This document shows, piece by piece, positions 16,072 through 25,908 of a DNA stretch of 29,750 nucleotides. Both the position numbers and the translations under genes were made by a program. This DNA comes from a virus (lineage: Duplodnaviria > Caudoviricetes): positions 1 to 29,750 of the IMG/VR virus record IMGVR_UViG_3300032320_000553; one strand, 5' to 3'. The notes under the pieces are model-generated. The model did not search any database and was not told the origin of the DNA. It saw nothing but the letters and a program-made list of their open reading frames with translations. Position 1 is the stretch's first letter, and every line of letters begins with the position of its first letter.

Positions 16072-18062
16072 TGGCCTAGTTGGTTTTGGTTTTCGCGGTC
16101 GGCGACAAGCGCGTTAATGACTGCGGGGGTGCGGATAATTTTTGACCCTATTTTACCGGCGGTCTGAAACGGTGCGGCGATTTTTTTACCTTTGGCTTCA
16201 CGTTTAATTGCTTTATCTATTGCTTTAGCCGCCGCTGCGGGGTCTAGCATTTCTGTAGCTAGTTCGATAGCAAGTTTTTGATCTAGCTTACCTTGCAACC
16301 GCCGCATAATATCGTTAGCAACAGTGGTTACGCGGGATATAAGGTTAGGGGCACGTATTTGCCCAACAGCTTCAGTACCTAACAAATTAACGTCAGGCCC
16401 CGCGCCCCGCGCGGCCCGTGCTTGTTGCTCTGTTAGCCTAGCGCGGGCAAGATCGTCCCGCACCGCTTCAAGAGAAGCCATTTGTTGCGGCGTAAGAATC
16501 TGGCGCAAACTTTCAAAGCGTGACTGCCCCGTCGCGCGCTTAATTGTAGCGGGCGCATTTTGTAACGCTTCAGCGTATCCCGCCGCCCTAAGCGCGGCGG
16601 TGTCTGCACCAAGTGCGGGTTCTAATTTCCCTTCGAGAAACTGACCAACCTGCATTTGGTTGATAGGTTTACTTTGCTCAGAAAATGTCTCACGGGCGGT
16701 TTTGTACTCGGGTACTTTATCTTCCACCCAAGCTAAAAATTCTTTTCGCGTGTTGTTAATTGCTCTAGCTTCAGACGCGCCCACCCCAAACCGCTCAGGG
16801 TTTTTTATGAGATCGTCAAACGCCATTTTCATCATGTGCAAACTGCTGCCAGGATACTTGGCAACTTCTGCGGGTATGGTAGTAAACGCTGCGGGTTCAC
16901 CCCGCGCGTTTAGAATTCTTGATGGGGCCGTTTGCGCGGGGCGGTTTTGCCCAATTTGAAACGGCACGTTTTGTTCTGAAGCTAATTCACTAGCCCTAGA
17001 AATTACTTTGCTCATTGAAGGACGGTCTAGCAAACTATTAAACGTGCTGTCCAGTTCTACAATAGCTTTATCTGATAGTCCATAAAGATTTTCTGCCGTG
17101 TCGCTTCTAAGCTTTTCAGCGCGGGCGAGCGCGGCTTGATCTTGACCAACAGATTGAATCTGCCCTAGTTGAGCTGATTTTTGTTGAGTTTCACGTTCAA
17201 AATACGGCGTCGGTAAAGTCTTTTTAGCCGATTCACCCATCGCAGAAAAACGAGTGGCCCCAACTGGCGCGGCGGCTTGCGCTGCGGTAGGCATACTGCC
17301 TGGCACAATTTGAAGGTTAGGATCTAGTAGCGCATTTAGAATTTGCGGCGCGCGGCCTTCTGCGGCGGTCATGTATGCGACTGATTTTGGGTCTAGCGCG
17401 TTGTACACCGCGCCCGCCGCCTTACTAACCAACTTAACCGGCGCTTCTATGACAGGTGCTACCAATCGCGCAGGGTTAATTTTTTCACCTAGCGCAGCAA
17501 CAGGCGCAAACACATCACCAGCATTAGCAATACGTCCTGCGGTAGTCGCAGACACACCTGCTTTTCTAGCCGCGCTGCCAGCGGCGGTAGATATACCCTT
17601 AACAGTCCCCGCGCCGCCCGTAAGCAACGAAGATAGATCACCCGCAGCGCCTACTGGATCTTCAGCCACCGTTCGCTTGATTGCGTCATAGCTGCCATAT
17701 CGGTCTTTGATAATTCCGCCTACCGCGCTGGCTTTTTCTGACACCCGCTGCGCTGCTTTTGGATCAGCGCCAAACGCTTGATCAACTTTGTCTATCGTAT
17801 CTACAACATTTTTTGGTAATGAGTTTCTTAACGCACCCGCGCCAACATCTAAAATGTCACCGATAGTAGTGAGAGGATTGAGAACAGCTTGAACAATCCC
17901 ACCTACAAACGCACCCGCGCTTTTAGGAAGGTTTTTCCCCGCTTCAATAGGCACTTCAGCCAAAGAGTAGCTACGGCGCGGCCCTGGTATTTCGCTAGTA
18001 ATAGCGTATTGCGCGAACGGATTTTGTTGCGGCGCGTATTGGGCAAACGGATTGTCAGCCAT
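16068..18062 (-). CDS. Ejection / internal virion protein (P22 gp16 position)
   Basis: 664 aa, Ala/Gly-rich and helical; third gene of the ejection trio. Confidence 0.7.
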   Translation of the reverse strand: MADNPFAQYAPQQNPFAQYAITSEIPGPRRSYSLAEVPIEAGKNLPKSAGAFVGGIVQAVLNPLTTIGDILDVGAGALRNSLPKNVVDTIDKVDQAFGADPKAAQRVSEKASAVGGIIKDRYGSYDAIKRTVAEDPVGAAGDLSSLLTGGAGTVKGISTAAGSAARKAGVSATTAGRIANAGDVFAPVAALGEKINPARLVAPVIEAPVKLVSKAAGAVYNALDPKSVAYMTAAEGRAPQILNALLDPNLQIVPGSMPTAAQAAAPVGATRFSAMGESAKKTLPTPYFERETQQKSAQLGQIQSVGQDQAALARAEKLRSDTAENLYGLSDKAIVELDSTFNSLLDRPSMSKVISRASELASEQNVPFQIGQNRPAQTAPSRILNARGEPAAFTTIPAEVAKYPGSSLHMMKMAFDDLIKNPERFGVGASEARAINNTRKEFLAWVEDKVPEYKTARETFSEQSKPINQMQVGQFLEGKLEPALGADTAALRAAGYAEALQNAPATIKRATGQSRFESLRQILTPQQMASLEAVRDDLARARLTEQQARAARGAGPDVNLLGTEAVGQIRAPNLISRVTTVANDIMRRLQGKLDQKLAIELATEMLDPAAAAKAIDKAIKREAKGKKIAAPFQTAGKIGSKIIRTPAVINALVADRENQNQLGQ

Positions 18063-20030
18063 TTACTTCCCCCCGCCTAAAGCCCTAGCCGCCGCGCCAG
18101 CACCAAAAATTTCATCAAATTGTTTAGCGTTACCTTTACCAGCTTTTAACGCTTCAATCGCCGCTGCGGGTATAGCAGTCGCCGCCACCGCTGCGGCTCG
18201 TTCTGGCAACGTAATTTTTGGATCGTAAGGAAATTTAACGCCGCGTGTTTCAGCGCCGGTAACTTCTTGATTATGGCGTTCCACTCTATTGCGTACCGTA
18301 TCGCCAAAAGCGTCAAGCACACGCGGGAGCGCGTTGGGGTCTGTACCAAGGCTTCCCAATGCAGCTTGAAGCGCATCTTGCTGTTGCGCCGTAGGTTGAG
18401 AATCCAATTTTTTTAGGTTGTCCATAATTCCAAAGAACAATCTAGACCGCAGTTCAGCAGCGTCAGATACACCTTTGGTATCAATTTTGGTTCCCAAACG
18501 GTTGTTTAAGAAACTTGCGGCTTGTTGTAAAGATTCGCCGCCCGGACCCATAAATCCTTTAGCCCCGCTAACTAACTTTTTGGCTTTGTCAATATTATCA
18601 AGCACCCCCGCCGCGTCTCTTAGTCTGCCGTAGTTTTCCCGCGTTTCTTTCATAAACTCTTGCTGCGCGGTCACACTAGCGGGCGCGTAAGCGTTTACGT
18701 TTGTAATGGTGCTTGACGCTGGCTGATGAGTCGTCAAAGTTGCGATACGTTGATCGTATTCTCGAATTAACGGATCTTTAGGATTAATGGCTATCAACGC
18801 CGACCGTTCAGATTGCAACACAGAAAGAGGACTTGGGGCATTTTCCGTTTCTTTTTTGATTTTTTGTTCAATTTGCGCTCGGCGAAAGTTTCCTTCAGGC
18901 AGCGCGTTTGCTTCTGCTTGCAGCACGGCAATAGAACTTGGGCCAGCAGGAGCGACCCCTTTATTTCTACTGAACAATTCTTTTCCGTAAGTCGGGCTTT
19001 TCGGATTCATGTCAATTGTTAGTACTTGATTATTTAAATCAACTACTTGGGGTTTGGGAGAAACTTCTGCAACTAATTTATCTCTAATTTCAGTTGCAAG
19101 TTTAAGCCTATCGGCGGCAAGTTTGTTCCCTGGGTATTGGGCAAGAACATCTTCCATTTGACCAATTTCTTGTTCAATTTTAGCCAACCTGTCCGTCGCA
19201 AAAGATTTTGGCGCTGCTGCTGCTCCCGCTGGCGCTGGCGCTGGCTGCTCAGTCGAAAGAGGAGACGGCCGAACTTGAGCAGTTGGAATCGCCGTTGTGT
19301 TGACTCCACCGGCTGCGGGCGCCACTAAAGCGTTTTGGGTTGGTGTTGGCACGGGTGTTCCTAAACGCATTCCTAAAGCGTTTTCTTGCGCCGCTGGTGT
19401 TACCGCTAAAGTTCTGCCCAATGTAGGCTGCGGACGTATTTGAAAAGCTTGAGCTTTAGCGCGAATATTTTCAATTAACTTGTCACCGTTTGAAGCAAAC
19501 GATTCTAGTAAAGTATAAAACGCTTGCGGATCGTTTTTAGTTTGCGCAATTGCCTCTAGAGCTGTATTGACATCCAACCCTTGAGACGCAAAATATTTGC
19601 CTGTTCTTGTTTTAGGATTGTAAGAATTAGAAACGATTGATGCAAGCTCTTCTGGAGTTTGCGCTTGCCCCATCAATCCTCTTGATCGGGCAAGTTCTGC
19701 TGTTAACAATTCAGATTCTGTTTTGTCAAAAGTACCTTGCTCTTTTCGCATTTCAGCAATGCTTTTTGCGTACTTAATCCCTGCTTCCGGGGAAACGCCG
19801 TATACGCTACGAATAAATTCTGGGCTTGTTTGATCTACATTTTTGGGATCGGAAAACAGTTGTCTAAGCGCATTAGTAGATTCATCTTCGCGCTGCGCCG
19901 CAGACAATTTATATTGAGCCAACGCATTCTGGTTTTGAGCGTTTTGAATTGCGGCGAATTTGCTGTAAGCCGTCAGCGGGTCTTCAATTTGAAGAGGCCG
20001 GACGCCAAGGGCGAGGGAATAGTCTGCCAT
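18063..20030 (-). CDS. Ejection / internal virion protein (P22 gp20 position)
   Basis: 655 aa, Ala/Gln-rich helical protein with a Pro/Ala linker; synteny. Confidence 0.7.
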   Translation of the reverse strand: MADYSLALGVRPLQIEDPLTAYSKFAAIQNAQNQNALAQYKLSAAQREDESTNALRQLFSDPKNVDQTSPEFIRSVYGVSPEAGIKYAKSIAEMRKEQGTFDKTESELLTAELARSRGLMGQAQTPEELASIVSNSYNPKTRTGKYFASQGLDVNTALEAIAQTKNDPQAFYTLLESFASNGDKLIENIRAKAQAFQIRPQPTLGRTLAVTPAAQENALGMRLGTPVPTPTQNALVAPAAGGVNTTAIPTAQVRPSPLSTEQPAPAPAGAAAAPKSFATDRLAKIEQEIGQMEDVLAQYPGNKLAADRLKLATEIRDKLVAEVSPKPQVVDLNNQVLTIDMNPKSPTYGKELFSRNKGVAPAGPSSIAVLQAEANALPEGNFRRAQIEQKIKKETENAPSPLSVLQSERSALIAINPKDPLIREYDQRIATLTTHQPASSTITNVNAYAPASVTAQQEFMKETRENYGRLRDAAGVLDNIDKAKKLVSGAKGFMGPGGESLQQAASFLNNRLGTKIDTKGVSDAAELRSRLFFGIMDNLKKLDSQPTAQQQDALQAALGSLGTDPNALPRVLDAFGDTVRNRVERHNQEVTGAETRGVKFPYDPKITLPERAAAVAATAIPAAAIEALKAGKGNAKQFDEIFGAGAAARALGGGK

Positions 20031-20039
20031 GATTAATCC

Positions 20040-20801
20040 TTACCTTGGCATTTCAATGTAATTGTACCCTTGACCACCGCCGCCATAAGGGAGCATATTC
20101 ATGTACTGTCGATTTTGCATATAACTCAAACCAGTCCCGAGCGCGGACGTTAGCGCGTTCGCCCCGCCAACGTACCCAGAGGCCCTAGCTTGACCAATGT
20201 TGCCGTAACCAGCAGCGGCGGCGTTTCCAAAATTTCCGACTGCCGCTGTGCTCGCAGCGGTGGCTGACGCTCCTGGGCCAGTTGCGTATCCCATGAGCGG
20301 GTTCAACTGATTAGCTCGATTAGTCTGATAACGGTCGTACGCTCTTTGATACTCTTGCGAACCCATCTCTTGACCGTATTTTTGCGATCCTTTAAGAGTA
20401 GCGCCAGACAACAAGCCGCCTCTTGCCGCAGCACTGCGGTCAAGTGCTTTTATGCCTTCAGATAGCCGGAAAGCGTAGCCGGGGTCGGCTTCAAAATCCG
20501 ACATACTAAAATCACGGGCGTACTTACCAAAATCAGGAGAGTTTGGGTCTGTTACAAACTCAGAAGCCGCGCCGCCAGCGGTTGCTGCTGGAGATCTAAT
20601 GCCCAACAACGTCATCAAGCGATTTTGAGACGCGAGTCCGGCTTCTCTAAATGGTTCGTTAAGCTGTATTTGACGATTTAACGCAGCTTCTTGAGCTTCA
20701 ATACCTTCTCGGGCCGCGCCAGCTTGAATTTTTGACGCTTTATTTGTTGCATAAGCGCCAACTACTGCGCCTCCGGCAATTGCTGTTGCTACGGCAGACA
20801 T
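20040..20801 (-). CDS. DNA transfer protein (P22 gp7-like)
   Basis: Hydrophobic Gly/Ala N-terminus; DPGYAFRL.EG...SAAARGGLLSGATLK motif. Confidence 0.8.
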   Translation of the reverse strand: MSAVATAIAGGAVVGAYATNKASKIQAGAAREGIEAQEAALNRQIQLNEPFREAGLASQNRLMTLLGIRSPAATAGGAASEFVTDPNSPDFGKYARDFSMSDFEADPGYAFRLSEGIKALDRSAAARGGLLSGATLKGSQKYGQEMGSQEYQRAYDRYQTNRANQLNPLMGYATGPGASATAASTAAVGNFGNAAAAGYGNIGQARASGYVGGANALTSALGTGLSYMQNRQYMNMLPYGGGGQGYNYIEMPR

Positions 20802-21661
20802 GACAACTCCTGTTCTTTAAGTTTGACGCCCGAAAGCGCAAGTGCTTGACGATAGTCAATAGTTGCTTCTACGCCGATGCTTCCGCCCTTGCAGCCTTCA
20901 AAATCAACCAAAGCAACCAAGTCAATATCGCCGTTTGGTTTCATTACCATTTCGGCGTTGGGAAACAAAGAATGGTTCGTAAAACGCCCAGCTTGCGTGC
21001 GCAGCCCCCCGACGCGGGCTTCACAAATAATATCACCAGCGTTAATCGGATGAGTCACAAACAGACCTTTACCGTCAATCGGAGAGTCCGAAACTCGCGT
21101 GACAGAATTGTCCACCCAGATTTGATCGTCAGTGTTTTCAACCTGTTGACGCACCGTTTCAGCGTCAAGCCCAGTTTGTTCTAACATCATTAGGTAGTCA
21201 ATACGGTCGGCAGTTCTAGCTGTCTGTTCAACAGCAAATTTTGCTTTGTAGTCTGTCAGCCAGTCTTCGCTTTTTTCAATAAAATAAGATTCAACTTCGT
21301 CAGAATTTTTAAGGTCTGTGGCGTAAATGTTTTGCCACACCATGTCTTCAACAACGTACCCAATCTTGCGCCCAGGCTTGCCGACAAAAATCATCGGGGC
21401 GCTTAAGATTTGCGCTTCACCATCATCATTGGTAACCATCACTTTACCGCGCAACAGCAGATTTAAATGGTCGTATTTTTGACGGTGACCAATTGCTAAC
21501 GTACCCGCCGGCATGAAGACTTCGCGGATACAAATCCCCGGCCCAAAATGATGCACTACTGGGCAGTCAGTTTGTGGATGCTCTAGCAACTGTTTTTCCG
21601 CGTCTTCTATCTGGCTTACGATAGATAGCGCGTGCTGCCCCGTGGTTATCATATCGTTCAA
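20789..21661 (-). CDS. Cupin-like domain fused to a SET domain (putative protein-lysine methyltransferase)
   Basis: N-terminal HHFGPGICIREVFMPAGTLAIGHRQKYDH...GKV cupin pattern; C-terminal SPIDGKGLF, GRFTNHS..PNA, EATIDY SET motifs. Confidence 0.8.
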   Translation of the reverse strand: MNDMITTGQHALSIVSQIEDAEKQLLEHPQTDCPVVHHFGPGICIREVFMPAGTLAIGHRQKYDHLNLLLRGKVMVTNDDGEAQILSAPMIFVGKPGRKIGYVVEDMVWQNIYATDLKNSDEVESYFIEKSEDWLTDYKAKFAVEQTARTADRIDYLMMLEQTGLDAETVRQQVENTDDQIWVDNSVTRVSDSPIDGKGLFVTHPINAGDIICEARVGGLRTQAGRFTNHSLFPNAEMVMKPNGDIDLVALVDFEGCKGGSIGVEATIDYRQALALSGVKLKEQELSCLP

Positions 21662-21993
21662 GTGATCTGCCTTCCACTTACTCTGATGTTAATAGAATTT
21701 GCGGTTCCGGCCAAGGTGGAGATAAAATCGCCCACTTTTAAGACGTGCCCCACAACCTCTGGAAATGTGTAGGTTTCGTTTGGTTGTAAGCGCCTAGAAC
21801 TTACCACCAAATTTGAGTTTGACGCAGAACCAGTGTTTGCCACTAGGTTGACACTTATAGTCGCGACAGCGCCGCCATAATTGGTGGCCGTAAACTTGTC
21901 CACAATTGTGACCAAGTTCGTAGACGTGTACTGCGTTTGCTGCGACGCAGGTATCGTCTTTGACTCAATTAAAGCTGTTGCTGTTACGGTCAT
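21658..21993 (-). CDS. Small beta-rich virion/tail-associated protein
   Basis: 111 aa, Thr/Ser/Val-rich, within the tail operon. Confidence 0.7.
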   Translation of the reverse strand: MTVTATALIESKTIPASQQTQYTSTNLVTIVDKFTATNYGGAVATISVNLVANTGSASNSNLVVSSRRLQPNETYTFPEVVGHVLKVGDFISTLAGTANSINIRVSGRQIT

Positions 21994-21996
21994 TTA

Positions 21997-22302
21997 TTAT
22001 GCTTCAGGCGATTGAGGCCAAACTACTGACCACGGAAACCCTGCTTGTGACGGCACATCACGCAAGGCTTGGCGGTAAGACGCCCATTCAAAATCTTGAG
22101 GTTGATTGCTTTCTAAGGCTTTGATAACCCGCCAGTCCGATTCAGCAAGTTTCTGATCACGTTCGCGTCGAACAGACTCTTCTTTTTCAACATCACGGTT
22201 GGCCTGACCAGCTTGCCAAACGGCAAATTCCTCATCGTTCATTTCACGAACAATGCTTTCGCCAGTGCTGGCGTTGTAAGTTTGAACTAAAGGACGTGAC
22301 AT
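21997..22302 (-). CDS. Tail fibre assembly chaperone
   Basis: VRRERDQKLAESDW...WASYRQALRDVP..GFP.SVVWP. Confidence 0.85.
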   Translation of the reverse strand: MSRPLVQTYNASTGESIVREMNDEEFAVWQAGQANRDVEKEESVRRERDQKLAESDWRVIKALESNQPQDFEWASYRQALRDVPSQAGFPWSVVWPQSPEA

Positions 22303-22303
22303 T

Positions 22304-23263
22304 TTAATTCATTCCGTAAATGTATAAATTTCCAGAGCTTGTATAAGTATACCCTGCTGTCAAGGTAAACTGAATTGCATTTATTACCCCAGTAACGCTT
22401 GTGTATTGAATCGCCGTGCCTTCCCGTGCAATAACTTTTGAAACCCCAGAAATGTTTGTAAGATGAATATATACTACATCAGTGCTACCAGCATTGCCTG
22501 CACCCGCTATATTACTAGCCGATCCATAAGTAGACCCATTGTTAGAACTAAGGGCTGCATTAATGAGTATTGGGTCATCTCCAGGTGCAATAATTGGTGT
22601 AAAATCCCAAAAATTTATGACTATTAAAAAATATTTGCTACTTGCAAGATCTGTAACTGAGATGGTTGATAATCCATTTGTTAAAGGCGTTGTTGATAAC
22701 AAAGTCAACCCGCTTCCGCCGCCGCCACCACTAGCATATTGTGGGATATTAAGTGTGTTTGAAGTGAACGTCGCTGCGCCGGAGGTTCCAGTTGTGGTCA
22801 AAGTAATTGGCGATTGGTAGTCTGTGTTTGCGGTAGCCGCGCTGATTGCGGTTCCATTGCCTTTAAGCAGTCCTGTCACTGTGGTCGACAGAGTAATTGC
22901 TGGTGTTGTTGTGGGGTTTGCTACCGTACCAGCAAATCCGTTGGCAGAAACAACAGAAAGAGAAGTTACTGTACCGGCTGAAGCTGGAACAGAAATTTCG
23001 TCAACAACCCAAATTTGCACATCGTTTGCGTCGGTCAATTTGAACTTATATGACGTGCCGGGAACTAGCCAAACATTTGCTTCACCCCGAGAATCCAAGA
23101 TGATCGGGTTGGCGTTTGATGTGGTTCCGGTTGAGTCTATATAAGTTGCCAACAAGGTAGTCGTGCCAGCAGCGTATGTGTACAGCTTCCCTCCCGCCAA
23201 CGGATTGCCATTAGCATCAAAAAATTGCTGCTTGGCGTTTGGAGTTAACTTTGTTGTTGGCAC
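22304..23263 (-). CDS. Tail fibre/spike protein with N-terminal virion-attachment domain
   Basis: QFFDANGNPLAGGKLYTYAAGT...NPIILDSRGEA; Thr/Gly-rich shaft; followed by a chaperone gene. Confidence 0.8.
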   Translation of the reverse strand: MPTTKLTPNAKQQFFDANGNPLAGGKLYTYAAGTTTLLATYIDSTGTTSNANPIILDSRGEANVWLVPGTSYKFKLTDANDVQIWVVDEISVPASAGTVTSLSVVSANGFAGTVANPTTTPAITLSTTVTGLLKGNGTAISAATANTDYQSPITLTTTGTSGAATFTSNTLNIPQYASGGGGGSGLTLLSTTPLTNGLSTISVTDLASSKYFLIVINFWDFTPIIAPGDDPILINAALSSNNGSTYGSASNIAGAGNAGSTDVVYIHLTNISGVSKVIAREGTAIQYTSVTGVINAIQFTLTAGYTYTSSGNLYIYGMN

Positions 23264-23265
23264 AA

Positions 23266-23709
23266 TTACCTCGGAATGAATGTTATGTTTGGAGCGGAAA
23301 CATACGTTACCCGTAGCTGATCAAACGGAGACAACGTAAACATACCGTAATAGCTTCCGGTGTCGTAATAAGTAACACCGTCGCGAGAAAATTCCAGTTT
23401 TGAAATGCCGCCGCCAGAAATCATTACATCGCCGCTGTACGTTTGGTTGTTAACGTACACAAAAGGAGACGCCGTTACCGTAATCGCAGACGGTAAAATA
23501 TTGTAGTTATACAGCCCAGATACGTCAACGGAAGACACCCCGCCCGAAGGTGGGCCAACTTGCAGGTCGGTCAACGTCGTTGAGTTGGCCCCAGAACCCG
23601 TAAGAGTAAACAGAGACAAAAAAAACCGATACCAAGCCCGATCAATATACCCAGTTCTAGGGTCTGTGAGCGGAACCCTCGGCGGGGTAATTTGGGTGGT
23701 ATCAGGCAT
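23266..23709 (-). CDS. Tail-associated virion protein (P22 gp26 position)
   Basis: 147 aa, directly after the gp10-like gene. Confidence 0.6.
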   Translation of the reverse strand: MPDTTQITPPRVPLTDPRTGYIDRAWYRFFLSLFTLTGSGANSTTLTDLQVGPPSGGVSSVDVSGLYNYNILPSAITVTASPFVYVNNQTYSGDVMISGGGISKLEFSRDGVTYYDTGSYYGMFTLSPFDQLRVTYVSAPNITFIPR

Positions 23710-25141
23710 TGGTTCCGCTCAAAATCAGTTCCGCACCCATGATAACCGTTTTGACCGGATCTGTTCCAGAGACTTCGTAAACTCGGTCGCGCAACTTTAA
23801 GGTCATGCCCAAGCGCCGCCAGAACACCCGCTGCTGATAAACGCCAATCTTGCCAACTGGCGACCAGTGCTCGTTTGACCAGGTGTGGCCGCCGTCATCA
23901 GACCAGCGCAGCATTACTTGGGGATCTGACCCTTGACCAGTGTTTAACCCCACGCCAGTTTCGCAATCAAGTTGTAGGCTATGGTGAGCGGTACGCTTGA
24001 GGTTGTTCTGACCAGTTGGCAGCGCCCGCCAAGAACGCAGCCATTTTTGGACGCCTCCATTGTCGGCGTACACATCTAAATCAAAAGCGTAAATGTTGCC
24101 GTTAACATAATCGCCAACAATAATATTATTGTTAAACGACATCTGGCAGTTGCTGCGGTGACGGGTAAAGTCACCGTTTACCCAACCAGCCCGCTCATGC
24201 CAGGATTCCGTCGCCGCGTCGTACACCCACGTAGCGTTGCCCGTTGGGAAAATCAGCACATAGAAAGAATGCCCGTCTTGCTGGTACGTGTAGGCGATTG
24301 CGTCAGAGATGTCGCTGTACTGCTGGATCTGCCATTCAATTGCATGGGTAGAGATCCGCTGGCCGGTGTATCCGTTGGCACGGTAGACCATGCCCTGACC
24401 GCGACGGTCACGCCCAAGCCAAAACATCCCGTTGTCCATCTTGGCAACAGAATATGGCGCAGCGCAACCAAGCTCGTTAAACGCGCCTTGAATGCGCTCC
24501 AACGGGAAGTCAGGGTTTGCAGAGTCGTACCAGACTTCAATTGAGTTGGTGCCAAACGCCCACACCTCGCGGAAGTTTGCTGCCACCGCAATCAAACCAT
24601 CTGGCGATCCTTCAGTACTGGCAAACTCAAGCGGGTCAATAGACGTACCGTCTAGCAGCTCAGTCACCCACAACTTCTGGCTGTTTGGCTCGTTGAACAC
24701 AAAGTAACCGTCCAAAAAGCAAACGGTTACAGCGCCGGGGAAGTCTGGATCGGTGATTTGACCAAAAACATTGGTGGTGTTGTTGTAAATGTAGCTAGGG
24801 CCGTTAGCCGCTATAAACAACTGCGTACCGTTATCGGCCAAGCTAACTGGCCCGGTGCCAACCACCGTGCCCAGAAGCGTTGCGGTGTAGCTTTTGTTGA
24901 TCTTGTACAACTGGGTGCCACTAACGACAAACGCGGTGCTGTCATCAGACGAGTACGCCCACAGGCCCCTGATTGGTCCAGTGCCGATTGTTGCCAGCAG
25001 GTTTAGACCTGGCGCTCTGTTTAAGAACGCTGCTTCCTTACCAGCTTCCGGCACAATTTCTGGGAACAAGTTCACCATTCTGTTGTCGGCGGCGTTGACC
25101 GACCGAGCAACGTAGGCGCTGCCCAGAATGGGGGTCTTCAT
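23702..25141 (-). CDS. Packaged-DNA stabilization / tail hub protein (P22 gp10-like)
   Basis: 479 aa beta-propeller-like; DGYF, SIEVW, LRWSDDGG.TWS, WRRLG motifs. Confidence 0.9.
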   Translation of the reverse strand: MKTPILGSAYVARSVNAADNRMVNLFPEIVPEAGKEAAFLNRAPGLNLLATIGTGPIRGLWAYSSDDSTAFVVSGTQLYKINKSYTATLLGTVVGTGPVSLADNGTQLFIAANGPSYIYNNTTNVFGQITDPDFPGAVTVCFLDGYFVFNEPNSQKLWVTELLDGTSIDPLEFASTEGSPDGLIAVAANFREVWAFGTNSIEVWYDSANPDFPLERIQGAFNELGCAAPYSVAKMDNGMFWLGRDRRGQGMVYRANGYTGQRISTHAIEWQIQQYSDISDAIAYTYQQDGHSFYVLIFPTGNATWVYDAATESWHERAGWVNGDFTRHRSNCQMSFNNNIIVGDYVNGNIYAFDLDVYADNGGVQKWLRSWRALPTGQNNLKRTAHHSLQLDCETGVGLNTGQGSDPQVMLRWSDDGGHTWSNEHWSPVGKIGVYQQRVFWRRLGMTLKLRDRVYEVSGTDPVKTVIMGAELILSGTNA

Positions 25142-25872
25142 TACAGGTTTCCAGCAAAAATGTTGTATCGCTGCCGCGTTGCAACAATTGCGTAAGGCAT
25201 CGACATTACATCGTCAGGGTTGTTGATGCGCTTGAGGTTGCGCTTGCTGGTCATAGCAATCCGCTGCACCTGAGGCGAGGGTTCAACGCCAAACTCAGGC
25301 GCAATCTCCATCGCCAAGTTGTAGGTAAACGCCCGCAGATAACCCGGGGGGAAGGCCAGCGTAGTCGCCAGCGTTGCCGGTTGGGTCAACTCTTGAACGC
25401 TGATAAAGTGAAACTCTAGCAAGCGCGTGGGCTTGGGGTAAATAAAGATGTCAATATCTGGGTAGGTCATGTTTACGAACATGACCTGCGGATAGGTAGA
25501 CGTTACAGTCTTAACCGCAATCCCGTTGTACTGTTGCTGATTGATCAGCTTGATCCCGTAAGACACATTGGTCTGCGGGTCACGGAAATACGTCGCGTCG
25601 TCAACCAGAATGGGACGAACCGCAGTACCGTTTAGACGAACCAAAGACCCTGACGGGCCGAGCGTAGCGTTAATTGCATTGACAGGCCAATTAACGATCT
25701 GGTCTATGGTTGAGAACACCGACAGCCGCTCAGTGTTCCAACTGTCAATCATCTGATTCATTGCCATCAATGAATCTTGCGACACAGACGCTGAGGTGGT
25801 TTCACCTTCTGCCAGAACCCCCAACAAACGCAGGGCGCGGTTGATTTGATCGCCAGCCGAATATGTTGCCAT
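25141..25872 (-). CDS. Head-tail adaptor (P22 gp4-like)
   Basis: INRALRLLGVLAEGE...MIDSW...YNLAMEIAPEFG; synteny. Confidence 0.8.
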   Translation of the reverse strand: MATYSAGDQINRALRLLGVLAEGETTSASVSQDSLMAMNQMIDSWNTERLSVFSTIDQIVNWPVNAINATLGPSGSLVRLNGTAVRPILVDDATYFRDPQTNVSYGIKLINQQQYNGIAVKTVTSTYPQVMFVNMTYPDIDIFIYPKPTRLLEFHFISVQELTQPATLATTLAFPPGYLRAFTYNLAMEIAPEFGVEPSPQVQRIAMTSKRNLKRINNPDDVMSMPYAIVATRQRYNIFAGNL

Positions 25873-25885
25873 CGTAAACCTCAGA

Positions 25886-25907
25886 AGGAGGGGCCGAAGC
25901 CCCGCCT
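25886..25907 (-). terminator. UUCG-capped hairpin between head and tail genes
   Basis: GGGGC-TTCG-GCCCC with a weak pyrimidine tail. Confidence 0.55.
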
Positions 25908-25908
25908 G

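Noticed and set aside
22304-23263. Diversity-generating retroelement target
   Set aside because: No reverse transcriptase or template/variable repeat pair was seen in the window.
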